A stretch of 63,999 bases of DNA, the filler included, from Malassezia furfur (Eukaryota): assembly GCA_052055015.1 (NCBI GenBank). It is 3 parts of 3 records of this genome, joined end to end, with 100 filler letters (N's around TTAATTAATTAA, not from the genome) between each part and the next. Parts side by side here need not be neighbours in the genome. Positions count along the whole stretch, not along the records: positions 1 to 23,567 come from JBQJIT010000150.1; positions 23,668 to 47,161 come from JBQJIT010000151.1; 1 more part is not named here. One strand, given 5' to 3'. Shown here piece by piece: positions 21,801 to 31,462 of the stretch (position 1 is the stretch's first letter; every line of letters starts with the position of its first letter). The notes beneath the pieces are model-generated. The model was not told where the DNA came from, did not search any database, and was given only the letters and a program-made list of their open reading frames with translations. Made by a program: the position numbers and the translations under genes.

Positions 21801-23237
21801 CGCACGCTGGCGGCCGCCGTCGACACGCTGCGCAACGGCGAGCTGATGCTGCATACGGGCCCGAGCGCGCCCGATGCCGAGCGCCCCGCGGAGATCGACT
21901 ATGCCGAGGACGCCGCGGCGCTCGTCGCCGAGCTCCCGGCGTCGTTCGGCACGCCCAGCGCGGTGCGCACCGTGCTGCTCACCGGTGCCACGGGCTTCCT
22001 CGGTGCGTTTGTGCTGCACGACCTGCTGCGCAACCGCCCCGAGGTACAAAAGGTGCTGGTGCACGCGCGCGCGCCCGATGCGGCCGCGGCGCTGCAGCGC
22101 ATCCGCGATGCGCTCGCGTCGCGCGGCGTCTGGGACGAGACGTGGGCGACGACCGGGCGCGTCGAGGCGGTCGTCGGTGACCTCGCCGCGCCGCGCCTCG
22201 GCCTGAGCGACGCCGACTATGCGCGTGTGCGCGACGAGGTCGACGTGATTGTGCACAACGGTGCGCTGGTGCACTGGGTGTACCCCTACTCGAAGCTGCG
22301 TGCCCCCAACGTGCTGTCGACGCTGGCGGCTGCGCAGCTCGCGGCGGATGGGCGCCCCAAGGCGCTGACGCTCGTCTCGTCGACGTCAGCGCTCGACACG
22401 GAGCACTATGTGCGTCTCTCGGACACGATCCAGGCGACGCCGCACGCGCAGCTGAGCGGCATCAGCGAGGATGACGACCTGGACGGCAGTGCGCGCGGCC
22501 TCGGCAGCGGGTACGGCCAGTCGAAGTGGGCGAGCGAGCGGCTCGTGATGGCTGCTGCGGCGCGTGGCCTGCGTGCGACGATCGTGCGCCCTGGCTACAT
22601 TGTGGGCGACAGCCGCACGGGTGTGACTAACACGGACGACTTCCTCTTCCGCCTCGTCAAGGGCAGTGTGCAGCTCGGCCAGATCCCCGACATGGACAAC
22701 ACGGTGAACATGGTGCCCGTGGACCACGTCGCGCGCATCACGTCGCTCGCGGCGCTTGCGGCGCCGCACGTCTCGCCTGCTGCGCCGACGCACGCGCGCG
22801 TGTTCCATGTGACGTCGCACCCGCGCATCCGGTACAAGCAGTTCCTCGGCGCGCTTGCGACGTACGGCTGGGACGTGCGCCCGTGTGAGTACGTCGAGTG
22901 GCGCGCGCAGCTCGAGAACCACGTCGTGTCCGGCGCGGCGTCGAATGCCGAGGCGAATGCGCTCTTCCCGCTGCTGCACTTTGTGCTCGACGACCTGCCG
23001 ACGTCGACCAAGTCGGCCGAGCTCGACGACCAGCACACGCACGCGCTGCTCGCCGCCGCGCACGAGCTCGACGTGCCGCGCGGCGTGAACGACGCGCTGC
23101 TCGGCGTGTACTTTGCGTGGCTCGTCGCGGCCGACTTTTTGCCGAAGCCGAGCGTGCAGGGCCCCCACGTGGTGCCACTGCCTGCGCTGCCCGAGGGCGC
23201 CGTCACCTCGGCGGTGGGCCGCGCGTCGGCGCACTAG
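18819..23237 (+). CDS. LYS2: L-2-aminoadipate reductase (A-T-R, NRPS-like)
   Basis: LSFTSGSTGIPKG, SGIAHDPIQRD, YRTGDLGRY, PCP motif FFDLGGHS, reductase LTGATGFLG and GYGQSKW. Confidence 0.97.
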   Translation: MADDRTDADVQGKLDFWSQQLRSLPRLALPTDYPRPVKQNVIHAMKSLSLPAPVTKALARLALYEDESTSTAASRFQDDDEEGEGSEMRVYDLLLTALVVLIHRYTGDTDVVVASNDPKSGNAVVLRIKIEPEDSFWQVARRVQAVEAEALRNSVPFDLLEERIEADRFAVEGAAPGGVRAPLFRVRFFDDTGSQVRQFMQQTNLTTDLSLFVTPPDVDVDPEAGTRAPDGESASASMSGSFHSFRAPAHTPVSLHVSYNALLFSAQRMQGMLAQLSTLIRAAAQNPLAPVGKIVFRSADEAAVLPDPRKDLDWCGYRGSITSIFERNAQAFPDRRCLVESVSTGDALGAPAAQVRTMTYGALNRASNVAAHRLRMAGVDRGDVVTVYAYRGIDLVIAVLATLKAGATFSVIDPSYPPSRQNIYLQVARPRALVVLAKAGRIHPQVRACIEEELDLKIEIPALELVGDAVVGGEINGEDVLVVAQDKADESTGVVLGPDSVATLSFTSGSTGIPKGVQGRHYSLTHFFPWMGERFGLSAADRFTMLSGIAHDPIQRDIFTPLFFGAELHIPTAEDIGTPGRLAEWMAATKASVTHLTPAMGQLLSAQATAAIPTLRNAFFVGDILTKRDCTRLQALAANVCIINMYGTTETQRAVSYYAIPPASEDVAFLKTQKDIMPAGQGMIDVQLLVVNRNERQETCAVGEVGEIYVRSGGLAEGYLGPPEVTAEKFVANWLAPDLEIPDTLRGTPEGAYWKGPRDRMYRTGDLGRYLPDGRVECTGRADDQIKIRGFRIELGEIDTHLSRHPHVRENVTLVRRDKDEEKVLVSYFVPTDDAHAEGDDVAVPSEIVGAQRDILRGIARHRQLIKDIREYLKQKLPTYSVPTLFVPLAKMPLNPNGKVDKPALPFPDTVLAQRLAHATGPASGSDAPRSKTEEAIGAVWAQLLPGVAEPVPLDESFFDLGGHSILATRLVFALRQAFAVHIPLGLVFDAPTVRTLAAAVDTLRNGELMLHTGPSAPDAERPAEIDYAEDAAALVAELPASFGTPSAVRTVLLTGATGFLGAFVLHDLLRNRPEVQKVLVHARAPDAAAALQRIRDALASRGVWDETWATTGRVEAVVGDLAAPRLGLSDADYARVRDEVDVIVHNGALVHWVYPYSKLRAPNVLSTLAAAQLAADGRPKALTLVSSTSALDTEHYVRLSDTIQATPHAQLSGISEDDDLDGSARGLGSGYGQSKWASERLVMAAAARGLRATIVRPGYIVGDSRTGVTNTDDFLFRLVKGSVQLGQIPDMDNTVNMVPVDHVARITSLAALAAPHVSPAAPTHARVFHVTSHPRIRYKQFLGALATYGWDVRPCEYVEWRAQLENHVVSGAASNAEANALFPLLHFVLDDLPTSTKSAELDDQHTHALLAAAHELDVPRGVNDALLGVYFAWLVAADFLPKPSVQGPHVVPLPALPEGAVTSAVGRASAH

Positions 23238-23269
23238 TGCCATAGCCTCGTGAGTATGTATGTACATCG

Positions 23270-23567
23270 CTACCCACTCCAGTCCGAGCCCTGGGGGCTC
23301 GGCGTGCGTGCCGGGGGCGGCGGCGTGGTCGGTGGCGTGGCCGCCGAGGCCGCGTCGTCTGCGTACACGTCGCGCAGCACCGCATCGAGCGGCGGCGGCG
23401 CGGCGGCAAACAGCATCGAGTCGCGCGCGCGGTACGTGGAGCGCGCGAGAATCTTGGCGACGTGCTCCGTGTGCGGGTGGACGAGCGGGGCGCCCGCGTC
23501 GTCCTGCCCAAAGAACGTCGCGAGGTCGTCGAGCTGCACAGCCAGCGCGCCGAGCTCGTCGGCGTCG
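23270..23567 (-). CDS. C-terminal fragment of an unidentified gene, truncated by the assembly gap
   Basis: Open frame from the gap edge to a stop at 23270 with coding-like GC3 bias. Confidence 0.5.
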
Positions 23568-23667
23568 NNNNNNNNNNNNNNNNNNNNNNNNNNNNNNNNN
23601 NNNNNNNNNNNTTAATTAATTAANNNNNNNNNNNNNNNNNNNNNNNNNNNNNNNNNNNNNNNNNNNN
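23568..23667. other. Assembly gap with artificial TTAATTAATTAA linker
   Basis: N-run with a central six-frame-stop linker, identical to the one in the second gap. Confidence 0.95.
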
Positions 23668-25412
23668 GCATCGGGCGCGATGTACATGTGCTCGCACGCC
23701 TCGTCTGATGTGGGGCGCTGGGAAGAGCGCATTGCGGGAAGGCGCTCCGGCAACGTGTTGAGGTCGGCACCTTCGCGCTGGATGGTCGGCTTGCCCGTCT
23801 TGTCCGCGTGGGGGAACAGCTCACCCTGTCGCGCCTTGCGGGCGTCCTGGTAGGCCTGGCGCCCGGCCGACTTGGCCAGCGTAAACCGCTCAAGCGCACC
23901 GTTCGGGCAGCATGCATCGAACGTGACGTGTCCGCCCTTCTTCAGCGGCGTACGCACGATCCGTGGCCACGCATACGCCTCGAGCTGCATCACACGACGC
24001 GCATCCACGCCGTGAGCCTCGAGTGCAGCGATGCACGAGGCTAGCGCCTCGTCAGGGTCGGGCGTGTTGGCGTCCTGCAGCTCGCGCGGCGCATCGGCAC
24101 GCAGCGTATCCAGGATGCCCTGCCGCGATGCGCGCGCCAGCGTTGCGACCGCCGTGGCAACGTGCGGCTGTGCCGCGGGCGGCACCTCGGCACGCCACGC
24201 CTCCTCGGCACGCGCGAGCGAGGGGCGCGCACCGCGCTGCACCACCACATAGCAATACTCTTCCACACGGTCGCTGCGTGCGTCTTCGAGCGTCGCACGT
24301 GTGAAGGCGGGCGCATGGTACATTTGCGAGTACGAGCACAAACTCGGCACTGCACGCGTCGGCGGCGTATCGAGCGTGTCCATACGCAGGATGGGGCATG
24401 CGCGGTCGTGTGAGCACGGCGCAACGACGTGGCATGGACGCTCGGCGGTCTGCATCGACAGTAGCTGGGCACGCGCTGCGGCGATGCACGCAAATCCGCG
24501 CGGCGTAGCCGACTCAACGAGAACCAGCACATCTGCATCGCTCTTCCACATGCGCTGCACCTGGCGCTCGCGCGCCGCGTCGGTCGGCAGGGTGCTCAAG
24601 CCGTAGGCATGCACACCCAGGGTGCTGCCTTGCGCGGGCATGGACGGTGCACGGCCCAGCATGTGCGGCTTGTCGCCCCGCAGGCGTAGCTGCGCATACA
24701 ACCGGGCGAGCGGGGCGCGCAACTCCGTATCGCCTTTGCGCAGCTGCTCCAGGAGCTGCGTGCCCATCGAGAGCAGCTCCTTGGACCAAGCCTCGGCGTG
24801 GTATTCGTTGGGCGTGCCAAACACGGTGAGCGATGCCCAGAGTGCATCAAAGGCCTGGGCATTCCAATCGACAAGCTTGGTGGGCGCCCATCCGTGGGCG
24901 CTCGTCGAGGGGAGGCGCCGCTGCACCTCGTCGAGGACGCGCGTCAGGACTGCGTAGCGGCCCGGCATCTGCGTGGCAGCATACAGCGCCGAAGCGCGTG
25001 TGCCGCGCAGCGAGTCCCAAAAGGCATCCGACGACGGCTGCGCCAGCCCACGCGTCTCGGCCTGGCCAGCGTGGGCGAGCGAGGCGAGGTGCGCCGCGTC
25101 GTGGCGCAGCTGCGCCTTGTTCGCGCGCAGCACTTGATGTGTAAGGGCATCTTGCAGCGACTCGTGCATCCCTACCGCTGCCGTTCCCTGCACACGGCTA
25201 CTGCCCAGCCGCGCGGCAGGCGACAGGCGTTGGAGCGCCGACGACGCTGGGGCTTCGTCCACCTCGGCATAAAATCGGCTGTCAGGCACCTCGGACTCGG
25301 TGCCCAGCGTGCCACTGACCTGTGCAGCACCGTAAAGCTGAGCGCGGCGTACATGATGCGCCACACTCGGCACACACGCAAGCCCTCGCCGGCCGGACGA
25401 AAGAAGACGCAT
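23668..25412 (-). CDS. RSM22: Mitochondrial small-subunit assembly factor/methyltransferase-like Rsm22 (3' end in gap)
   Basis: Presequence, HVVAPCSHDRACP, CSYSQ, WPRIVRTPLKKGGHVTFDAC, YQDARKARQGELFP. Confidence 0.88.
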
Positions 25413-25471
25413 GCTGGACGAATCGGCGCGGCTGCGTTAAAAATTCGTATCGGGCCCCGATCGTGGACATC

Positions 25472-26863
25472 ATGTTACGCCTCTGGCGGCGCCTGACGGC
25501 ATCGCGCGCGCCCTACGTGTGCCATTTTTGCGGGCAAGCCTCGGTGCTAGTACCGCCCTACGGCACTGCATCGCGCAGCCAGCCAGTTCCGTCGGAATCG
25601 GCCGTGCACGTCTCATGCGGGACGCCCGCGCGCTGGTTCTGCTCCGCATGCGGGTGCTGGAATCACCAGGATGCCGCCGGACACACCCTGGACGTGTGGG
25701 AGAGAGCAATGTGGGACACGGACGCGAATCCAGACAGTTTCGCGAGTGCAAGTACCGAGGGCAACACTGCGCCGTGCGTGTTCTGCCGGACTTGTCTCAC
25801 CAACCAGACGCTCGTCACCAACCTTCTGGCCAACTACCTCGGTGAGCACGACGACGACGACACCGATGCCGCGCGGCTCGAAGCGCTACCCGCATACAAG
25901 CACTCGCTCGAGCAAAGATACCCCATGGCGTGTGAAGCTTGTGCGCAAAAGGCCAGCGCTCGGATTCAGGCGGTGGACCGCCAGGTGCAGCAGCAGCTCC
26001 TGGGGACGTGGGTGCAGCCGCCAAGCGCGCGCCACGATCCAGGCGAGGACGTGGACGCAGATGCCTACCATGCACAGGTTGCACACTGGAAATGGCGCCG
26101 CCGGCATTGGTACGTGGTACAGGCGGCGACCCTTGCCCTAGGTGCATACGGGCTGGGGCCGCACCGCAGCCCCTTGGCGTGGGCGCTCGGCGCGCTGGCA
26201 CTGATGCCGACCGCGTACGATCCCGGCTGGCGCGATGCCGCGACGATCCGTGTGCGTGGCGCGCAGCCGGTCGAGTCGGGCGTGACGCACTGGAAGGTGC
26301 GTAAGAGACGACTCACGCAGTGGGCGCAGGCGCTCGCCTGGCTTGTGCGCTGTGCCCTGGTGCTCCTGGTGGGAATGTATGAGGAGCATCCCGAGATGGT
26401 TGCCGCCCTCCTTGTCGCACACACTACCGTACGTGCTCCCCTCACCCAGTGTCTTGTATATGCCCACAGCCAACGCCGCGTATCGGCGCCGGAGCCGCTC
26501 CACCTTATTTCGCGCGCGGTGCCGCCGCCCGTGCCGGCGGCGCGGACAGGCGCTGATCCGCTGGCCGGGATGTCACTGGGTGCCGCGCAGGCCGCGCCGC
26601 CGCTCGACACGCTGCTCGAGCCTGCGCCGATGGTTGAGGAGGCGATGGAGCTCGAGGACGATGTGCCCCGTGCCGTGCACCTGGCGCCCCCCCGCCTGCC
26701 GCCCGCGTCGAGTGGGCTGGAGGAGCTATTTGCCAAGTCGCTGGCGCTCGATGCACCCGCGACACGAGCACACCCGTGGCACTGGACGACGTCGCGCGCG
26801 CCGGTCGTCGCAGCGGCGGTGCTATGTGGCATCGGGATAGCGCTCCGACTAGTCCGTAGCTAG
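25472..26863 (+). CDS. IMA1: Inner nuclear membrane protein Ima1/NET5-like
   Basis: CHFC..WFCSACGCWN..FCRTCLTNQ..LEQRYPMACEAC Cys motifs followed by TM segments; in-frame 24-nt and 21-nt introns. Confidence 0.85.
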   Translation: MLRLWRRLTASRAPYVCHFCGQASVLVPPYGTASRSQPVPSESAVHVSCGTPARWFCSACGCWNHQDAAGHTLDVWERAMWDTDANPDSFASASTEGNTAPCVFCRTCLTNQTLVTNLLANYLGEHDDDDTDAARLEALPAYKHSLEQRYPMACEACAQKASARIQAVDRQVQQQLLGTWVQPPSARHDPGEDVDADAYHAQVAHWKWRRRHWYVVQAATLALGAYGLGPHRSPLAWALGALALMPTAYDPGWRDAATIRVRGAQPVESGVTHWKVRKRRLTQWAQALAWLVRCALVLLVGMYEEHPEMVAALLVAHTTVRAPLTQCLVYAHSQRRVSAPEPLHLISRAVPPPVPAARTGADPLAGMSLGAAQAAPPLDTLLEPAPMVEEAMELEDDVPRAVHLAPPRLPPASSGLEELFAKSLALDAPATRAHPWHWTTSRAPVVAAAVLCGIGIALRLVRS

Positions 26864-26875
26864 ATACCCAGACGT

Positions 26876-28451
26876 CTACTTGGGCGCGTCCTTGGGGCCG
26901 AGCATCAGCTCCGGGCGCACCTGCTGGTCGAACTCCTCGGGGGTGAGCAGGCCGAGACCGACGGTGGCCTCCTTAAGGGTGAGGTCCTCCTTGTGGGCCT
27001 TCTTGGCCGCCTTAGCGACGTTGTCGTAGCCGAGACGCGCGTTCAGCGCGGTCGCAAGCATCAGCGACTCGTTCAGGAGCGTGTGGATGCGCTTCTTGTT
27101 CGCCTGGATGCCTACCACGCAGTGGTCCGTGAAGCTGCGCGCGCCGTCCGCAAGCAGACGCACACTCGACAGCAGGTTCTTGGCAATGACCGGCTTGAAC
27201 ACGTTCAGCTCAAACTGGCCGTACGAGCCGCCAACGGTCACGGCGACGTTGTTGCCCATGACCTGCGCGGCGACCATCGTGAGCGCCTCGCACTGCGTCG
27301 GGTTGACCTTGCCGGGCATGATCGACGAGCCAGGTTCGTTCTCGGGCAGCGACAGCTCGCCGAGACCGCAGCGCGGGCCGGAGCCGAGGTAGCGGATGTC
27401 GTTGGCGATCTTCATGAACGACACAGCGATGGTGTTCATAGCGCCGGACGCCTCAACCATCGCGTCGTGCGTCGCGAGGGCCTCAAACTTGTTCGGGGCC
27501 GTGAGGAACTTTTCACCCGTGATGCGCGAGATCTCCTCGGCGACGGCCACATCAAAGCCCTTGAACGTGTTCAGGCCCGTTCCGACCGCCGTACCGCCCT
27601 GGGCGAGCAGGCGCAGGTGCGGCAGCACCGCCTCGACGCGCTCAATCGACGCATCGAGCTGCGCGACATAGCCGCTGAACTCCTGGCCGAGCGTGAGCGG
27701 CGTGGCATCCTGCAGGTGGGTGCGGCCGATCTTGATAATGTCCTTGAACTCCTCACGCTTCGCCTCAAGTGCTTCGCGCAGGTGACGCAGGGCAGGCAGC
27801 AGCTCCTGGGTAATCTCCATGACCGACGCAATGTGCATCGCCGTGGGGAAGGTGTCGTTGCTGCTCTGGCTGCGGTTCACATCATCGTTGGGGTGCACGG
27901 GCTTCTTCGAGCCGAGCTCACCGCCAAGCATCTCAATGGCACGGTTCGAGATGACCTCGTTGACATTCATGTTGGTCTGCGTGCCCGAACCGGTCTGGAA
28001 CACAACGAGCGGGAAGTTGTCCGCAAGCTTACCTGAGATCACCTCGTCGGCCGCCTCGCAGATGGCCGCGGCAATCTTGGGGTCCAGGCCATACTGCTGG
28101 TTCACCGTCGCAGCGGCCTTCTTCAGCACACCAAACGCCTTGATCAGGGGCAGCGGCATGCGCTCCGTCTCACCGCCAATACGGAAGTTCTGCGAGGAGC
28201 TGCGTCAATAGATGACAGACGTACCGCTGGGTCTGCGCACCCCAGTACTTGTCGGCGGGGACATCGAGGTCGCCGAACGTATCACGCTCCTTACGGATCT
28301 GGCCCTTGAGCGAAGCAATCGTGCCCTTGGGCGCCTCGCGCGCCACGGCCGAGGTCGCCAGGGCACGAACCGAGCTCAGGCGAGCGCTCGTCGCCGAGGC
28401 GCGCATGGCGCGCTGAGGGACAGAGGAGAGTACGGTGCGAACAGCCGACAT
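26876..28451 (-). CDS. FUM1: Fumarate hydratase class II, mitochondrial
   Basis: Presequence, [37 protein letters not shown]; one 25-nt intron. Confidence 0.97.
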
Positions 28452-28592
28452 GACAGAAGTGGGGAAGAAACAGCCGGAAAGGCCCGGCGCTGGGACCAGC
28501 TGCACGATTATCGCCCGCCGGCCCCGGGTGCCGCCACTGGCCTGGTAGGTCTCGAAACCACGTGGTCACAACCTCGTCTACCTGCTCGCTAC

Positions 28593-29375
28593 CTAGGCAC
28601 GTGCATAGGACACCTTGAGCCGCTCGCCGTTGGGCATTGCGTAGCCGTTCGTCGCTTCGCGTGCCTGCACGCCCGAGGGAATGTCGTTGTATTCCACAAA
28701 TGCGATATCGGACCGCCCCGGGATCGTACGTACTTCGAGCAGATTCGGATAGGCACCAAATAGCTTTTCAAGGTCGTCGCGCGTCGTCGTACTCGGAATT
28801 TGCTGGAGGAAGAGGATCTTGTTGGGGGGAAGGTACTCGTCAGGCAGCTGGTTGGCCTGGACACGCGCAAGCGAGCCAGACTTCGGCTCCACGGACTCGA
28901 CGGGCACACCGGCTTCGGCCGCTTTCCGTTTCCGCAGCATCTCGCGCTCCCGCAGAATATTCCGACGCCGCTTGAGCGGCTTTTCGGCGAGACGCGTGCG
29001 CTTATGAGACTCGAGCGCCGCTTCGCCCTCTGGACCCGCCAAGTAGCGCACCACACTGTCCGACTTGCTCTTCGCAAACGTAATCCGCATGGCCTTGCCA
29101 TACAGGGGGAATCCATTCACTTCGCGCATAGCTTTCGCGGCAACATCGCGCGACTTGAAGCTGACAAACGCCTGGCCTCGCATCCGCACGTTGGTATGGG
29201 CCACCACGGAAAGCACCTTCCCATACGTGGAAAATAGCGCCTCAAGCGACTGCTTGAGAACGGGGAGCTTGACATTCTCGTTCAGATTCTGGATATACAG
29301 CGTCTCGTTTGGCTCCGCATCCGTCGTCGCGCCCTCCGGCTGCGACACGGGCGCACGCGTCGCGACATCGGCCAT
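28593..29375 (-). CDS. U1A/U2B''-type snRNP protein (two RRMs)
   Basis: PNETLYIQNLNE..RMRGQAFVSF (RRM1) and PPNKILFLQ..IAFVEY (RRM2). Confidence 0.9.
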   Translation of the reverse strand: MADVATRAPVSQPEGATTDAEPNETLYIQNLNENVKLPVLKQSLEALFSTYGKVLSVVAHTNVRMRGQAFVSFKSRDVAAKAMREVNGFPLYGKAMRITFAKSKSDSVVRYLAGPEGEAALESHKRTRLAEKPLKRRRNILREREMLRKRKAAEAGVPVESVEPKSGSLARVQANQLPDEYLPPNKILFLQQIPSTTTRDDLEKLFGAYPNLLEVRTIPGRSDIAFVEYNDIPSGVQAREATNGYAMPNGERLKVSYARA

Positions 29376-29432
29376 CGTCGCGGGTGAAAAGCCCGATGTG
29401 GAGATCCCGATCGCCCGATGCTACTATGATCG

Positions 29433-31376
29433 CTACTTGGCCGCCTTCTTCTTCAGCTGCTTCTTCTTGGCCAGAAGACGTTGCTTTTCGTCGCTGACCT
29501 TGGACGCCGAGTTGCCAATGCGGTTGTAGAGCTTGCGCTGCTTGTTGGACAGCAGCGTCTTGGCCATATCCCGCGCCTCGGCCTCCTCAGAAAGCGGTGC
29601 ATCCTCCGCACGCTGCTTCTTCTGCGCGGCTTTGCGCACGGCGGTGTACTGTTTCCGCAGGTCGACAAGCGCATCCTCACCACCAACCATCTCGGCTTCA
29701 AGCTCGGCCGCCTCCAAGAGGCCGGCATCGAGCGGGTCCTCCAGAAGCGCCTGCAGCGCAGGACGCTCGGTCGAGGCGTCGGTGTCGGCAGGCGCTGCTG
29801 CCTCTTCCTCTTCCTCGTCCTCCTCGTCCTCATCCGCGGGCTCCATCTCCATACCAAGTGCCTCCTGCGCCTCGGTCGGAACGTAGCCACCGCGGCGCGC
29901 CACCTCGCGGTCGTCCACAAAGGGACTCAGGTGCGGCGGCAGCGCCTGCCCAGGACGGTACGGGTCCGTCGGCAGCAGCGTCCGGCGGTTCGCGCAGTCC
30001 ACCACCCACTGTGGCTGCACATAGACACGGCGGCCGGGGTGCTTGAACTGCTTGCTGTTCTCCGCGGGACGGTCAATGATGTGGTGCGTAATCCGCTCAT
30101 CGTTCTCGTCCACCTGACTGCCGGCACCGGCCACTGGGTCCCAGCCGATGTTAGAGGGCAGGGCACCAAACGAGCGAAGGATAAACTCGATCACGCTGCG
30201 CGGGCACTCGCGCGAGATGTAAAAGACGTAGCGGCTGAAGAGCGTCGGCACAGCATCTTCGCCCTGGCTGACCTGAAGGTCATTGAGCGTGGTCAACTCA
30301 TCGACCGGCGCCGTCTTCGAGGGTTGCGGCACAAACTCCCCCGTCTCCTGTGCCTCAGCCTCTGGCTCGGCTTCGGCGTCCAACGAAGGGAGCGCCTCGT
30401 CGCTGTCATCCTCCTCCTGCGGAGTCGACTTGGAAAGCGACGCAATCTGGCGCTTGACATCGCGCGCCGAGAGCTTCTTACCATCCTTACGCAGAAGCGC
30501 ATTACTGGCGGCCGCCTCGGCTACTTCGTCCACGGGCCGCCCACTCTCTTCTTTGAGCAGAACATCGGCGTTCGCAGGCGTCAGCAAGAGGGAGCCAAAG
30601 CCGGCACCTTGGCTGTCCTTGTCCTCGTCCAGCTTGGGAGGATACACGAGGTTCTCCTCCGCGTACAGTTTGAACAACACAAAGCCCATCAGCGTTTGAT
30701 ACAGTTCCAAAAAGGTCATCATCACGCGGAAGTCAACGTCCGTGGGGATCTGCTGCGTGAACATGTAGGGAACGAGCCAGGTGATCTCTTGCCCGTGAAC
30801 GACCGCCTGGAAGTAGATCCCCTTGATGCTCAGAAAGACCTTGCGCAAGCACCGCGTGCGCATGACATAGAGCTGCCACTCGGTGCAAAGACGCGCACAG
30901 TGGCTCGTAATCTCGGGGGCGATGTTGCGCGACGAGGGAATGTTGGCAAAGAGGAAAAGCATCGACAAAACATCATCGAGGTCGCGCAAGGAGTCCACAA
31001 AGGTCGGGTATCGCTCCTTGATGATGTGGTCCAGACGATACTGGGGACGGTTCTCGTCCAGATTCTTGGCGGCGAACCATTCGCGACGCGCAATCGCTCG
31101 GTTCACCTTCTTGGCGAATGCTTTATGTTCACGGAATGCCTGGAGCACAGGCTCGTGCATCAAATACGCAATGTCCTTCGCATAGTAGAAGGTCGTGGGA
31201 GCCGTGGAGCCTTTGTTGGCACGTTTGATATGACGCGGCTGCCGCGGGAAGATGCCCTTGAGAATGCATAGCCGGCGGAACTCTGCCAGCGTCACCTGGA
31301 GCTTCTTGAGCGCCTGGTTCCGCGTAATGTAGTTTTTCGCGGCACCGGACTCACCCTTCTTCTTGATCTTGGCCAT
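29433..31376 (-). CDS. NOP7: Pescadillo/Nop7 ribosome biogenesis protein
   Basis: NYITRNQALKKLQVTLAEFRRLCILKGIFP, BRCT region QPQWVVDC, LPPHLSPF. Confidence 0.97.
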   Translation of the reverse strand: MAKIKKKGESGAAKNYITRNQALKKLQVTLAEFRRLCILKGIFPRQPRHIKRANKGSTAPTTFYYAKDIAYLMHEPVLQAFREHKAFAKKVNRAIARREWFAAKNLDENRPQYRLDHIIKERYPTFVDSLRDLDDVLSMLFLFANIPSSRNIAPEITSHCARLCTEWQLYVMRTRCLRKVFLSIKGIYFQAVVHGQEITWLVPYMFTQQIPTDVDFRVMMTFLELYQTLMGFVLFKLYAEENLVYPPKLDEDKDSQGAGFGSLLLTPANADVLLKEESGRPVDEVAEAAASNALLRKDGKKLSARDVKRQIASLSKSTPQEEDDSDEALPSLDAEAEPEAEAQETGEFVPQPSKTAPVDELTTLNDLQVSQGEDAVPTLFSRYVFYISRECPRSVIEFILRSFGALPSNIGWDPVAGAGSQVDENDERITHHIIDRPAENSKQFKHPGRRVYVQPQWVVDCANRRTLLPTDPYRPGQALPPHLSPFVDDREVARRGGYVPTEAQEALGMEMEPADEDEEDEEEEEAAAPADTDASTERPALQALLEDPLDAGLLEAAELEAEMVGGEDALVDLRKQYTAVRKAAQKKQRAEDAPLSEEAEARDMAKTLLSNKQRKLYNRIGNSASKVSDEKQRLLAKKKQLKKKAAK

Positions 31377-31462
31377 GTTCGCGGAAGGGAAGGCACAGTG
31401 GGTCCAAACTTTTTTTTTACTGTCACGTGGGAAAAAAGTGCGCCTCGCACGAAGCATTGGCC

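Noticed and set aside
19548..22274. Long antisense ORFs (908 aa opposite LYS2, 782 aa opposite the ABCD gene, 596 aa opposite NOP7, 347 aa opposite FUM1)
   Set aside because: Expected shadow ORFs from high GC3 codon bias; no recognisable motifs
23612..23623. TTAATTAATTAA palindrome inside N-runs (also at 47206-47217)
   Set aside because: Identical artificial scaffolding linker with stops in all frames; not biological
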